64,000 bases of DNA from an uncultured Methylomirabilota bacterium (lineage in GTDB: Bacteria > Methylomirabilota > Methylomirabilia > Methylomirabilales > 2-02-FULL-66-22). Shown in pieces: positions 1 through 10,446 of this stretch (within the stretch, counting starts at the first letter, position 1; every line of letters starts with the position of its first letter). The stretch spans positions 576,001 to 640,000 of the forward strand of contig CAWJSJ010000002.1 in assembly GCA_963845565.1 (NCBI GenBank). The letters run 5' to 3'. The position numbers and the translations under genes were made by a program. The notes under the pieces are model-generated. The model did no database searches and was not told the DNA's origin. It worked only from the letters and a program-made list of their open reading frames with translations.

Positions 1-1348
1 TGACGCCTCCCTCGTCCATCGCATAGATCAGCGGCGTCAGATTGGATTCCACCAGGGCGCGTCCGCCCCCCAGGGGCCGGACTCGCATCGCTTCCTGGAT
101 CGCGACCTTGGACAGGTCCAGGTAGCGCATGGCGGGATGGGTGCGGTCCCAGTCCACGATCGGGGGGTCCTGGACCTTTCCCTGCACCTCCAGCGGCACG
201 CCCTCCGGCACGGTGTTCACGAACAGATAGCGTCCAGGGGGAAGGCGCTTGACCTGGACCCCATCGATGATCGCCACGTCGAACGGGGGCTTCTTCTCCA
301 GGAGCTCCGGCCCCCCGGTCTCCACCTTCAACTGCGAGTCCGCGGCCAGGGCCTTTTCCAGGAACGCGTTTCCCCCGCTGATGAGCAGGACGCTGAGCGG
401 GCGCGGCGCGGGCAGAATGGCCTGGGCCTGGTTGTCCACCGCGAGATCGTCGTCCACGGCGATCGCCGCCTTGAGGATACCGCCCTCGGGGTCCACGAAG
501 GGGAAGACGAGGGAGCGCTTGAGTTCCGGCGTGAGCGTGACCCGCTCGGTTTTGATCGGCCGGCCGGCCAGCGTGAGCGTGAGGTCGAACGACACGGTCT
601 CGGTGCTGAAGTTCGCCACCGAGAGGAACGCCTGGTAGTCGAACGCCCCGAAGAAGGTCTTGCGCGCCTCGAAGGCCGTGATGGCGATGTTCCTGCCGCG
701 GGTACCGAAGCGGTGCCAGTGGACCGCCGCGCCGCCCATGTCGGGCACGCTGGGCGGCTCGAACGCCCCGTCGGTGAACACCTCGACGGCGGCGGTGCCG
801 CTGCGCACCTGCAGGTTCGCCTGGGCGAGGCGGAGCGCGTCTGGGAGCCGCCCGGGGACATCGAGCGCGGCGAGGCCGGCGAGGCCGCGCCGGAGCGTCT
901 CACGATCGTCCGTGAACGGAACCACCACCTGGGCGTCCTGCGCGGAGGCGACGAGCATGGCCTGCTGGCCCGCCCCCAACGTGGCGATGGCGGCCGCGGC
1001 GGCGGCCTTGGCCGCCGCCAAGCGCGACCCGGCGACGTCGGTCGCCTGCATGCTGGCCGACACGTCGAGGATGAGGACGGTGCGCTCGTAGCCGGGGACC
1101 AAGACGGTGCGGACGGGCCGGGCGAGCGCCAGCGCCAAGAGCAGGATGGCCAGGATTTGCAGGAGCAAGAGCCAGGTCGGCTTCAGCCGACGGAAAGGGG
1201 CGCTGGCCTGCTGGTCTCGCAGGCTATCCGTCCACAGGAGGGTGCTGCTCACGAGCGCCTGGCGACGACGGATCTTGAGCAGATGCAGGAGGATGACGGC
1301 CGGAACGCCCAGCAGGAAGAAGAACGCCGCCGGATTGAGAAAGCTCAT
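1..1348 (-). CDS. BatA/vWA domain protein (3' end runs off the left edge of the window)
   Basis: Minus-strand ATG at 1348 reads MSFLNPAAFFFLLGVPAVILLHLLKIRRRQALVSSTLLW (BatA N-terminus), later a DVSASM MIDAS-like motif. Overlaps the DUF58 stop codon. Confidence 0.85.
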   Translation of the reverse strand, partial: MSFLNPAAFFFLLGVPAVILLHLLKIRRRQALVSSTLLWTDSLRDQQASAPFRRLKPTWLLLLQILAILLLALALARPVRTVLVPGYERTVLILDVSASMQATDVAGSRLAAAKAAAAAAIATLGAGQQAMLVASAQDAQVVVPFTDDRETLRRGLAGLAALDVPGRLPDALRLAQANLQVRSGTAAVEVFTDGAFEPPSVPDMGGAAVHWHRFGTRGRNIAITAFEARKTFFGAFDYQAFLSVANFSTETVSFDLTLTLAGRPIKTERVTLTPELKRSLVFPFVDPEGGILKAAIAVDDDLAVDNQAQAILPAPRPLSVLLISGGNAFLEKALAADSQLKVETGGPELLEKKPPFDVAIIDGVQVKRLPPGRYLFVNTVPEGVPLEVQGKVQDPPIVDWDRTHPAMRYLDLSKVAIQEAMRVRPLGGGRALVESNLTPLIYAMDEGGV

Positions 1349-2235
1349 CGCAGAAAACCGCCGCGCCGCAGGTGGCGCAGAATCAGGTCTTGAAAGGGCA
1401 CCGTGGTGGCGGTGCGTAGGTAGTCGATCCCATGCCGGGCGCAGAAGCGTTCGGCCTCGTCGAAGTGCGCCTGCAGCCGCTCGCGATATCGGTCCAGGGC
1501 CCAGCGGTCCACGCTGACCTCGCGCGCGCTCCCCCCTTCGGCATCCACCAGCGTGAGGTCCCCGCCCAGGGACGGGTTCAGCTCTTCCTCACTCACCACG
1601 TGAAGCACGAAGACCTCCAAGCGGCGCTGCAAGAGCGCCTTGAGGCCGTCGGCATAGCCGCCCGGATCCAGGAGATCCGTCAACACGACGGCAACGCCGG
1701 GCACGCGGCTCTTCAAGGCATACCGGGCGAGGCACGGAGTCAAGGCGGTGGCCCCGCCGGCCTCGACGCCGGAGAGGAAATCGAGAATCGGCAGGATCTG
1801 GCCGCGGCCGCGCATGGGGCGGAGCACGCGTGTGGCGTCCTGGGAGAAGACGCCGAGCGCCACGCGCTCGAGATTCGCGAGGCTGATGTATCCCAGGGCC
1901 GCAGCCACCTGCAGCGCGTAGTCCAGCTTCGACGGCGCGCCGAACCCCATCGAGGCGCTCCCGTCCAGCAGAAGGTGGAGGCACATGTCCTCCTCCTCCA
2001 CGTACAGCTTGAGGAGCAGCTTGTCCAGGCGGCTGTAGATGTTCCAGTCCACGTAGCGCAGGTCGTCGCCCACCGCGTAGGGGCGATAGTCCATGAACTC
2101 GACCCCGGAGCCCTTCCGCAGTGTGCGCCGCTCGCCCTTGGCCTGGCCGGTCCCGACCCGGCGGGACACGATGGAGAGCGCGTCGAGTCGCTTTAAAAAA
2201 TCCTGGTCGAAGAGGCGTCGGGTCACGTGGGCCAT
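1345..2235 (-). CDS. DUF58 domain protein (MoxR/vWA-associated)
   Basis: GSGVEFMDYRPYAVGDDLRYVDWN motif and LLLDGSASM. Confidence 0.92.
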   Translation of the reverse strand: MAHVTRRLFDQDFLKRLDALSIVSRRVGTGQAKGERRTLRKGSGVEFMDYRPYAVGDDLRYVDWNIYSRLDKLLLKLYVEEEDMCLHLLLDGSASMGFGAPSKLDYALQVAAALGYISLANLERVALGVFSQDATRVLRPMRGRGQILPILDFLSGVEAGGATALTPCLARYALKSRVPGVAVVLTDLLDPGGYADGLKALLQRRLEVFVLHVVSEEELNPSLGGDLTLVDAEGGSAREVSVDRWALDRYRERLQAHFDEAERFCARHGIDYLRTATTVPFQDLILRHLRRGGFLR

Positions 2236-2260
2236 GCGTCACCGTCCGGCCGTGGCGGCC

Positions 2261-3703
2261 TCAGCGGGGCTCCAGGGCCTTGAAATACTCCTTGACCTGC
2301 TCCCGATAGCTGAACGGGATCGGCTCCTTGGTCAGGGCTTCTTCCATCAGCTTCTTGTACTGCGAGAAGACATCCAGATACGGGAGGCGGGAGGGGACCT
2401 GGGCGCCCAACCCGGAGAGGTTGGTGTCGTAGGCCTCGGTCTGGCCTTCGCGAGGATCGCCGTCCAGCGTGGAGTCCTGCTTCTCGCCCCCGATCCGCTG
2501 GGTGGCGTCCCCGCGCGTCTGGAGGGATTTCTCCGTGCCGGGCGCGGATCCGCCAGCGCCGTCCTCGTTCCGGCCGCCCTCGCCGTCACCCTTGGCGTCG
2601 CCGGCTCCTGCTTGGCGGGACGGAGCGTCCCGCAGTCCCTTGCCCTTGCCGCGGGAAGCCTCGTCGCGGTCTCGCAGGCGATTGAGCGCCCGGGAAAGCG
2701 CGGACATCGTCTTGTCCGTCGAGCGCCCGCCCTGGCCCTCCAGCTCCCGCATGAGCTCGTCCGCGATCTCGCCGCCGCCCCCCATCCGCTGCTCGGCCTG
2801 GCCGAGCTCCGACATCAACCGCTCGATCTGCTCCCAGCTCAGGCCCTGCAGGCTGCCGGCCTTGACCTGCTCTTGCATCCGGCGGATCATGACCTGGTAG
2901 GGACTCTGCGTGACGTCGCGCCGAAGATCCGGAATTGCCTCTGGCCGTCCCAGGAGCTTCAGGCGGTCGTCGCCTTGCTTGACGAAGCTCCCGAAATCTG
3001 GTCGCTGCTGACTCATCTTGGTGTCCCGGAAGACCGCCGCCTGATCCCCGGCCTGGGAGTGGCCCGCCAATGGGCCGCGGGTGGCGTCCTGCTCCTCCGT
3101 CCTGGGCAGCACCTCTTTGGGCAGCGCCGGGGTGGCGAGCTTTGGCTCGAGTGGCCGCTCTTTGGGCTCCTCCGCGACGTCGGCCGCGGGGGGGCCGGCC
3201 GCATCGTCGGCGCCCGGACGGTGCAGGGGTATCGGCGGGAGCAACGCCAAGGCGAGGACCAGCGCTGCCAGCGGCCCGGCGAGGCGGGCCTCGGGTCCTA
3301 GGCCGAGCGGGAAGGCGTCTTTCGGCCGGAGGCCCCGGACGCGGGCCGCGGTCTCGGCGAGTTGCGCCTGGGCCATCTCCGGCGCGTCTGGTATCGCCAG
3401 ATGCTCCACCGCGGAGGTCATCCGCTCCTTGAGTCCGAGGTGGTGGTCCACCAGGCGAGCGGCGTGGCCTGGCCGCACCCGCAGCAATCCGCCGTACAGC
3501 ACGCCGAGAATCGTGAGGCCCGTCACCAATCCAACGACGGCCCACGGCGTGGCGACCGGGAGGACGCCTTTCAGGAGGAGCGGCGGCACCGCAAGGACGA
3601 GGCCGGCGACCAAGAAGCGGCTTCCGGCCGTCACGGCTCGGACAAGCCGGAGCCGCCTGGAGAGCTGTCCCAGGGCAGCCTGGATCACGTCACGGTCGTT
3701 CAT
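2261..3703 (-). CDS. membrane-anchored hypothetical protein of the vWA/DUF58 cluster
   Basis: N-terminal TM segments, ERMTSAVE motif, Gly-rich linker and C-terminal IPFSYREQVKEYFKAL, as seen in DUF4175-like cluster members. Confidence 0.65.
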   Translation of the reverse strand: MNDRDVIQAALGQLSRRLRLVRAVTAGSRFLVAGLVLAVPPLLLKGVLPVATPWAVVGLVTGLTILGVLYGGLLRVRPGHAARLVDHHLGLKERMTSAVEHLAIPDAPEMAQAQLAETAARVRGLRPKDAFPLGLGPEARLAGPLAALVLALALLPPIPLHRPGADDAAGPPAADVAEEPKERPLEPKLATPALPKEVLPRTEEQDATRGPLAGHSQAGDQAAVFRDTKMSQQRPDFGSFVKQGDDRLKLLGRPEAIPDLRRDVTQSPYQVMIRRMQEQVKAGSLQGLSWEQIERLMSELGQAEQRMGGGGEIADELMRELEGQGGRSTDKTMSALSRALNRLRDRDEASRGKGKGLRDAPSRQAGAGDAKGDGEGGRNEDGAGGSAPGTEKSLQTRGDATQRIGGEKQDSTLDGDPREGQTEAYDTNLSGLGAQVPSRLPYLDVFSQYKKLMEEALTKEPIPFSYREQVKEYFKALEPR

Positions 3704-3973
3704 GGCAACTCCCCGGTCACACCGTGCCCCAATGATGCGCGAATCGGAAAGGTACCCGGGGTCCGGCGGCGTCCGATTCAAGGTGTAGGCCGACCGTTTT
3801 GCTCCTGATTCAACCCAGTGAAACCCGCCGGCAACTCACACAACGGGCAGAGTACGATCGTTGGCTCGGGGAGGACCGAAAGGCAAACCCGGCAGACCGA
3901 GGGCTAAGACGTGACGAGCCAGATAACCGGGCACGACGGAACGCCCGGACATACAAGACCGAAGCGGCTGGGA

Positions 3974-4396
3974 CTAGGCCCCGTCCGCCGCCTGCAGGTC
4001 CTCCTTCTTTGCCGCAGGTTGCCCCCCGGGTGCGTCGTCGGGTCCCGACATCTCGCAGTTCCCGTTGAAGAGGGCGCCTTCGGCCACCACCAAGCAGGGG
4101 GTCCGGATGGTCCCGCTCACGCGACTGGGCCGGAGGAGCTCGACCCGCTCGCGCGCGGTGATGCTTCCCTGCACCCGGCCACTCACGACGAGCGTCCCGA
4201 CTTCGATCTCGGCGTTCACTTGACCGGGTTCGCCGATGATCAGCAATTCGTCGCCAATCACCTCGCCCTCCACCTGGCCGTCAATGCGGACGGCGCCGGC
4301 GAAGCTCAGGACCCCCTTAAACTGCGTTCCCTCTCCGAGGAAGGCGCGAATCTCGCCGAAGTCGGCCCCGACTCGCTCCTTGTCGCGCTTCAGCAC
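3974..4396 (-). CDS. bactofilin (polymer-forming cytoskeletal protein)
   Basis: FLGEGTQFKGVLSFAGAVRIDGQVEG...VSGRVQGSITA...GALFNGNCEM beta-helix repeats. Confidence 0.9.
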   Translation of the reverse strand: MLKRDKERVGADFGEIRAFLGEGTQFKGVLSFAGAVRIDGQVEGEVIGDELLIIGEPGQVNAEIEVGTLVVSGRVQGSITARERVELLRPSRVSGTIRTPCLVVAEGALFNGNCEMSGPDDAPGGQPAAKKEDLQAADGA

Positions 4397-4495
4397 CAGG
4401 CCCTCCGAGGGATGAAGACGGGGTTTCGCCAGCCTTGACGCCGGCATTCGGAATGAATAGGGCGACGGTAACAGAGCAATTCCGGGCTGTCAATT

Positions 4496-5824
4496 TCAAA
4501 CTGGCCGGTTCGGAGAGGATCCGCCCCCCTGGCGCCAGCCGCACCAGCGCAGTGCGGCCACGACCAGCACTCGGCATGCGGCCACGACCTCCTCAACCGG
4601 CACGTACTCGTTCGACCCGTGCGCGACGGTGCAGTTCCCCGGCCCGAAGACGAGGCTGGGGATGCCCGCATGCCGCCGCAGATACGGGAGATCGCACCCG
4701 GCCGGGAAACCGGCCAGCACCGGCGGGCGCCCCTCGGTGGAACCGAACGCGCCCTGGAGAGTTGCGACGAAAGGGTCCGCCAGCGGCGTCTCGGCCCCCT
4801 CTTTATTCAGGCCAAGCCATTCCACGGCTGGGGGGTGCGCGCGGAGCCAGGGATCGTTCGCGGCGGCCCGCGCGACGCAGCCCTCCAGGTCCGCGCGCGC
4901 CTGCTGGTAGGTCTCGGCCGGGGCGTAGCCCATCAGCCCCTCGAAGACACACGTCTCGGGAACCTTCGAGGGAATGCGGTCGGCCGCGATCTTGCCGATG
5001 ACGATCGGGGCGAAGATGGGATACCGTGCGAAGAGCGGCGTCCGGAGGCGCGCCTGCCGATCCGCCTCGAGCTGCCTGAGCGCGGCCAGAATCGGAACGG
5101 CCTTCTCCAGCGCGCTCACCCCGTCGTAGGAGTGGATCGGGTGCGCCCCCTTGCCGCGAACGGTGACGCGAAATGCCTGGCCCCCGCGGGACGCCGGGCA
5201 CAGGTCCAGGTCCGACGGCTCAAAGACGACCGCCGCATCCGCGCGGTAGCCGCGATGCAGCGTGGCCAGCGTTCCACCCCCGCCCCACTCCTCGTCCACC
5301 ACGCTCTCCAGGATGAGGTCGCCGCCGAGCGATACCCCCAGCTCGCGCACGCACCGGGCCACCAAGAGCATCACGGCCAGGCCCGCCTTGTCGTCCACCG
5401 CGCCCCGCCCGTAGAGCTTCCCGTCCACCAGCGCGCCGGACCACGGACCGTGCGTCCAGGCCTCGGGCGGGCCGGGGTCCACGACGTCCACGTGCGCATT
5501 GAGGATGAGCGATCGGCCGCCGCCATGCCCCCGCAGCGTGCCGACCACGTTGGGACGGTCCGCGAACGCTGTGCCGGCATGGAAATAGGCCGGGTGGCGA
5601 TCCAGCCAGGCCTGATCGGGCTCCCAGACGTCCACCGCGTCGCAACAGCCGCCCATGAGCTGCGCCACCAGGGCCTGGCACGCGCCCTCCGCGCCGACGA
5701 TGCTCGGGATGGCGACCAGCCTCTGGAGCAAGGCCACGACGTCGTCCTGATGGTGCGCGACCCACGCCAACGCGCGTTGTTCGATCGCAATCATCGGCGC
5801 CTCCGGTCGGGGTGCGTCAGGCAT
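4496..5824 (-). CDS. M20 family ArgE/DapE-like deacylase (YodQ/YlmB-like)
   Basis: RSLILNAHVDVV, GRGAVDDKAG, VDEE and AHGSNEYV metal-binding motifs. Confidence 0.88.
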   Translation of the reverse strand: MPDAPRPEAPMIAIEQRALAWVAHHQDDVVALLQRLVAIPSIVGAEGACQALVAQLMGGCCDAVDVWEPDQAWLDRHPAYFHAGTAFADRPNVVGTLRGHGGGRSLILNAHVDVVDPGPPEAWTHGPWSGALVDGKLYGRGAVDDKAGLAVMLLVARCVRELGVSLGGDLILESVVDEEWGGGGTLATLHRGYRADAAVVFEPSDLDLCPASRGGQAFRVTVRGKGAHPIHSYDGVSALEKAVPILAALRQLEADRQARLRTPLFARYPIFAPIVIGKIAADRIPSKVPETCVFEGLMGYAPAETYQQARADLEGCVARAAANDPWLRAHPPAVEWLGLNKEGAETPLADPFVATLQGAFGSTEGRPPVLAGFPAGCDLPYLRRHAGIPSLVFGPGNCTVAHGSNEYVPVEEVVAACRVLVVAALRWCGWRQGGGSSPNRPV

Positions 5825-7199
5825 CCCCGCGCTCCGCCACGGCCTCCGCGATCGCCTCACTGAGCGCCGCCAGGCCGTCCAGAACGGCATCTTCCGTGAT
5901 CGTGAGCGGCGGGCAGATCTTCACCGTCGCGGCCCCCAGGCCGACCGGCGCGAACATGAGCAGCCCCTTGCCCAGGGCCTTCTCCACGACGGCGAATGCC
6001 AGCTCCCCGTCCGGTTCCACGCCGCCCCGCCGGATCATGTGGAGGCCGGCCACCAACCCGCGGCCCATGACCGCACCGATGACGTCCCGGTGCGTGGCCG
6101 CGATGCGCCCCAGACCCTCGTGAAGGACGCCCCCAGCAACCTGCGCGTTGGCGACCAGCCCTTCGGCCAGAATCTTTTTCAGGCTTGCCAGGGCCGCGGC
6201 GGCACAGACCGGATTGCCCCCGTGCGTGTTGGTGAGATCCGCGGGCCCGTACTGGTCCAGAATTTCTGGCCGCCCAAGGACGGCGGAGAGGGGCAAGGAG
6301 CTCGAGATTCCCTTTCCGCAACAGATCAGATCGGGCACCACCCCGTAGTGTTCGAAGGCAAAGAATTTCCCGGAGCGCCCGAAACCCGCCTGCACCTCGT
6401 CAAACGTGACCAGGATGTCGTGCGCCCGACACCAGGCAACCATCGCCTGGATGTACGGCGCCGGCGCGAAGCCCGCGCTGCCCCCCTGGAAGGTTTCCAT
6501 GACGATCCCGGCCACGCGGTCCGGCCCGACCCCTTTTGCCTGCAGCCCCCGCAGGAACCCCTCGAAGGTTGTGTCCCGGCAGCGGAAGCCGTCCGGGAAC
6601 GGCACCTGGTGCATGTCGGGATCCAGATTGACGATCCACTCCTTGAGGGCCGGGATGCCCCCCACCATCTGGGCGCCCAGCGTGCGCCCGTGAAAATCCC
6701 CCTCGAAGCTGACGATGCCGATTTTCCGCCTCCCGCCGACACGCTGTCCGTGGGTGCGCATGAGCTTGACGGCGCATTCGATTGTCTCGGAACCCGTGGT
6801 GAGCAAGAACGCCTTGCTGAGGCCCTCGGGCGCCGCGGCACCGAGGGCGCGCGCCAACTCGATGCGCTCGGCGTTTGGAAAGCAAAACGTGTGCAGGAGC
6901 CCGCGCTCGACAGTCCTCAGAATGGCGTCCCGGATCTCCTTGGCCCCGTGGCCGGCGTTTGCCACCAGCACTCCGGAGCTCCAGTCGAGCCACATGTTGC
7001 CGAACCGGTCGTACACCTGGACCCCGTCCGCGCGATCCCACAGGATGGGCGGCTGGCCCAGCATGCTTGTTGGCTCGTGCCGGCGCATGGTCTCGAGAAG
7101 CTCCAGGGAGTCCGGGGCGGGTATCGGGGTCACGATCCGCCGAAAGCGCGTCCGCACGGCGGGCACCGCTTTCGGGGTGAAGTCAAAGGCCTTGCTCAT
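5817..7199 (-). CDS. class III PLP aminotransferase
   Basis: FHGRT, FDEVQAGFGRSG, CGKGISS (PLP lysine) and THGGNP motifs. Confidence 0.92.
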   Translation of the reverse strand: MSKAFDFTPKAVPAVRTRFRRIVTPIPAPDSLELLETMRRHEPTSMLGQPPILWDRADGVQVYDRFGNMWLDWSSGVLVANAGHGAKEIRDAILRTVERGLLHTFCFPNAERIELARALGAAAPEGLSKAFLLTTGSETIECAVKLMRTHGQRVGGRRKIGIVSFEGDFHGRTLGAQMVGGIPALKEWIVNLDPDMHQVPFPDGFRCRDTTFEGFLRGLQAKGVGPDRVAGIVMETFQGGSAGFAPAPYIQAMVAWCRAHDILVTFDEVQAGFGRSGKFFAFEHYGVVPDLICCGKGISSSLPLSAVLGRPEILDQYGPADLTNTHGGNPVCAAAALASLKKILAEGLVANAQVAGGVLHEGLGRIAATHRDVIGAVMGRGLVAGLHMIRRGGVEPDGELAFAVVEKALGKGLLMFAPVGLGAATVKICPPLTITEDAVLDGLAALSEAIAEAVAERGDA

Positions 7200-7250
7200 G
7201 AGCGGACACCTCCGGGGTGGGGCGAGCCGAAAGGATCGGCCGCGATCGAC

Positions 7251-8093
7251 TTACACGCCGGTCACGGCTCCCGTCACCAGGCCGCTGACCAGATGGCGAC
7301 GGAAACAATAGTAGAAGATCACTGGGGGGATGGAATAGAGGACGGCCACCGTCATCAAGATATTCCACGGCGCGTCATCCGTCGCGAGGAAATTCCCCAT
7401 CGCCACGGGAATGGTGATGTGCGTCTCGCCCGAGAGGAACAGGACCGCGTAGAGATATTCGTTCCAGGAGAGCAGGAACGCGTACGTGGCGATGGCCACC
7501 ATGGGGGGCAGGATGAGGGGAAGGTAGATCCGAAAAAAAATGGCGAGCGGACCGGCTCCGTCGATCATGGCCGCCTCGTCGATGTCGGGGGGGATGGTCT
7601 TGCCGTAATCCCACAGGATCCAGACTGCGTAGGGGGACGCGAAGGTGATCATGACCAGGATGACCGAAAGCTTGCTGCCGATCAGGTCGTAGTCGGCCAT
7701 CAGCTTGAAGAACGGGATCGAGAGGAAGGACGACGGAATGATATACGTGAAGAGCGTGAGGGCCTGTATCGTCCGGCTGCCGCGGAACGTGATGCGCGCC
7801 AGTGCGTAGCTGCCGAGCGTGCCGATGACCAAGACGGCCGCCGTGGTGACCAGGGCGATGCTGACACTGTTGTACATCTGCGCCCAAAACTGACTGACGA
7901 AGTAGTTGCCCTGGGTGAGGGTCTGGTAATAGTTCTCGAACGTCGGGCTGGCCACGTACAAACGGGGCTTGAACAGATCCTCCCAGGTCACGAGGGAAAG
8001 CATGATCATGTAATAGACGGGGAAGACTGTCCAGACGAGCAGGACCACGCACGCCCCGTAAAATCCGATCTTTCGCCAGCCGCGGAGCCGCAT
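7251..8093 (-). CDS. carbohydrate-family ABC transporter permease (MalG-like)
   Basis: EAA loop IDEAAMIDGA; multiple TM helices. Confidence 0.9.
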   Translation of the reverse strand: MRLRGWRKIGFYGACVVLLVWTVFPVYYMIMLSLVTWEDLFKPRLYVASPTFENYYQTLTQGNYFVSQFWAQMYNSVSIALVTTAAVLVIGTLGSYALARITFRGSRTIQALTLFTYIIPSSFLSIPFFKLMADYDLIGSKLSVILVMITFASPYAVWILWDYGKTIPPDIDEAAMIDGAGPLAIFFRIYLPLILPPMVAIATYAFLLSWNEYLYAVLFLSGETHITIPVAMGNFLATDDAPWNILMTVAVLYSIPPVIFYYCFRRHLVSGLVTGAVTGV

Positions 8094-8104
8094 GCGCCGC
8101 CCTC

Positions 8105-8974
8105 CTACTTGACCCACCGGATCAAGATGAAGATGAAAAGGAGTGTGACCGGGAGGGCGGTGACGAACGTCCCCACGCCCCAGTCGATCTTCCCCATCAG
8201 GAAGGTGTACCGGTAGGCCAGGGTCGACAGCACGTGAGTCGAGTCGCCGGGCGCACCGCCCGTCATGATCTTGATGATGACGAAGTCGCCCAGGGTGAAG
8301 ACCATGGAAAGCAAGCTGCAGATCATGAAGAGGTTGCGCAACATGGGGACGGTGATGTATCGGAACCGTTGCAGCGGGGTCGTTCCGTCGATCTCGCCGG
8401 CCTCGTACATCTCTCTTGGGATGCTCCGCCGGCCGGCCACGAAGATCAGGGTCCAGAACGGGAGGTACTTCCAGATGTGATAGACCACGGCGGCGGCAAT
8501 CGCCGTGGGACGGCGGACCAGCCAGGGATAGCCGGCAAACCCCAGGTCGTTCAGGATCTTGTTCACGATTCCCCACTGACCGTTGAGCATCCAGCGGAAG
8601 GCCAGGATTCCCGGGAGCGACGGGATGGCCCAGGGCAGCAGGAACAGGCCGCTCAGGATCCGGGCGAATCGGTTCTCGGTGTTAAAGAGCGCGGAGAGAA
8701 TCAGGGCCAGCGCCATCTTCACATTAACGGCAGCCCCGACGAAGATCACCGTGTTCCAGAGCGTCTGAATGAAGATCGGGTCCGAGAAGATGTCCTCGTA
8801 GATATCCCAATCCAACCCCATGTAGATCATGTACAGGATCGGGTACAGGACCAAGCCGAGGAACAACAGGAGGAGCGGACTGCAGAACGCCAGACCCAGT
8901 GCGGTCTTTCCCAGCCAGCGCTCGCCCCGGATGGGCTGCGGCTGGTCGGCGGGCGCAACGGCGGTGTGGCTCAT
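8105..8974 (-). CDS. carbohydrate-family ABC transporter permease (MalF-like)
   Basis: IPREMYEAGEIDG loop; TM helices. Confidence 0.9.
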   Translation of the reverse strand: MSHTAVAPADQPQPIRGERWLGKTALGLAFCSPLLLLFLGLVLYPILYMIYMGLDWDIYEDIFSDPIFIQTLWNTVIFVGAAVNVKMALALILSALFNTENRFARILSGLFLLPWAIPSLPGILAFRWMLNGQWGIVNKILNDLGFAGYPWLVRRPTAIAAAVVYHIWKYLPFWTLIFVAGRRSIPREMYEAGEIDGTTPLQRFRYITVPMLRNLFMICSLLSMVFTLGDFVIIKIMTGGAPGDSTHVLSTLAYRYTFLMGKIDWGVGTFVTALPVTLLFIFILIRWVK

Positions 8975-8990
8975 ACGTTGGGGCGCCCCG

Positions 8991-9019
8991 CGGGCGGGAG
9001 GCGCAACGCCTCCCGCCCG
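8991..9019. repeat. perfect 13-bp-stem hairpin between the substrate-binding and permease genes (mRNA stabiliser or attenuator)
   Basis: CGGGCGGGAGGCG-CAA-CGCCTCCCGCCCG. Confidence 0.6.
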
Positions 9020-9051
9020 AATCAAGGGTTCACGGTTCGAAAATCGGGTGG

Positions 9052-10446
9052 CTATTTCCAGCTCTTGAAGATCTGTTCGATCCGCCGCACCGCCTCGTCC
9101 ACCGCTTGCTCATTGCTCCACTTCTCGGTCACCACGCGGGAGATGGCCTTGCCCCAGACGTTCTCGGTGTACACCTGGACATACGCCGGGTGGTAGCTGA
9201 AGTAGAAGGGGCGCGTCTCGTTCTTCATGAACTGGTCCGTGACCACGGGGATGTGCGGATCCTTCGGGTCGCTGAAGAACGGATCCGCGGCCACGTCCTT
9301 GAACGAGGGGAACCAGCGGCCGTTGGAGGCCTTCACGTACTCGGTAAACCGCTTGGCGTCAAGGACGTACTTGACGAACTTCTTGCCGAGCTCCTGCTGC
9401 TTGGAATCTTTGGGGATGATGATCTGCTTGACCGCCACAAGGTACGGGTACCCCTTCCCGTCGACCGGTGAGGCCGGCTGAAGGATCGTGCCGATTTTAT
9501 TGTAGTAGGCGTCCTTGTTGGTGAAGAACAGCGCCCCCGGAATAGAGATGGAGGGGTTGGGCGTCATCACGGTCGTCTTGTTGTGGAAGTTGGCGTTGTT
9601 GTCGCCGTCCGTCCACGTGAGCGCGTCGGTTGGGACGTAGCCCTCTTTGTAGAGGTTCGTGAAGAAGGTGAGGACCTTGGTGATCGCCTCGCGGTTCTTG
9701 GCCTCGCCGGCGATGACCTTCCCGTCGGGTGTGATCACTTCGCCGCGGTGCGCCAAGAGGTACTGCTCGAAGTTGTAGATGGTGTCCGTGGAGCGACTGG
9801 ACGAGGTCATCCCGATTCCGTAGATCTTGCCGTACTTCGCCGGATCCTTCTTGCGGAGCGCGGCCTGGACCTTCTTCCAGAAATCCCAGTGCTCTTTCCA
9901 GGTCATCGGAATCTTCTTGGGATCGGGATCGAACCCGGCCTCCTTCACGAGATCCTTCCAGTAGTGCGTCCCGAGCGCCTGGGCCTCGATGGGGATCGCG
10001 TAGTAGCTCCACTTGTTCTCGGCCTTGTTGAAGAGCCGGCCGGTGGTCATGTGCGACTCGATGTAGCGGGGCTTCAAGTCGTTGATAAGATCCGAGACGT
10101 CAGCCAGCCTGCCGTCCCAGGCGAAACGCGGCGAGATGTGGAAGTCGTTGAAGAAGCAGAAGGCGACGTCCGGGACTCGGCGGGCGAGCAGGGCGCTCGT
10201 GACCTTCGGTCCCAAGTCGTCCTGGATGGTGAAGGTGATCTCGACCTCGACGTTGTTCTCGCGGGCGAAATCGGCCGCGACCTTTTGCATCCCCTCGTCT
10301 TCTTCCTTGTAATAGCCCTTATTCCACCAGACGACCAGCTTCTCGCCAGCGCCGGCCACTCCGGCCAATCCCGGACCGATCAGGGCCACTGCCAGACAGA
10401 CCGCAACGATCCAAGGGCCGCGCCACAACAGACCTCGGGTGCCCAT
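9052..10446 (-). CDS. ABC transporter extracellular solute-binding protein (family 1)
   Basis: Signal peptide, VWWNKGYYKEED N-terminus, first gene of the ABC operon. Confidence 0.88.
   Translation of the reverse strand: MGTRGLLWRGPWIVAVCLAVALIGPGLAGVAGAGEKLVVWWNKGYYKEEDEGMQKVAADFARENNVEVEITFTIQDDLGPKVTSALLARRVPDVAFCFFNDFHISPRFAWDGRLADVSDLINDLKPRYIESHMTTGRLFNKAENKWSYYAIPIEAQALGTHYWKDLVKEAGFDPDPKKIPMTWKEHWDFWKKVQAALRKKDPAKYGKIYGIGMTSSSRSTDTIYNFEQYLLAHRGEVITPDGKVIAGEAKNREAITKVLTFFTNLYKEGYVPTDALTWTDGDNNANFHNKTTVMTPNPSISIPGALFFTNKDAYYNKIGTILQPASPVDGKGYPYLVAVKQIIIPKDSKQQELGKKFVKYVLDAKRFTEYVKASNGRWFPSFKDVAADPFFSDPKDPHIPVVTDQFMKNETRPFYFSYHPAYVQVYTENVWGKAISRVVTEKWSNEQAVDEAVRRIEQIFKSWK

Noticed and set aside
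3875..3920. c-di-GMP-I riboswitch-like start (AAAGGCAAACCC)
   Set aside because: It lacks the GAAA tetraloop and the following GCAAA element, and it lies on the opposite strand to the flanking genes.
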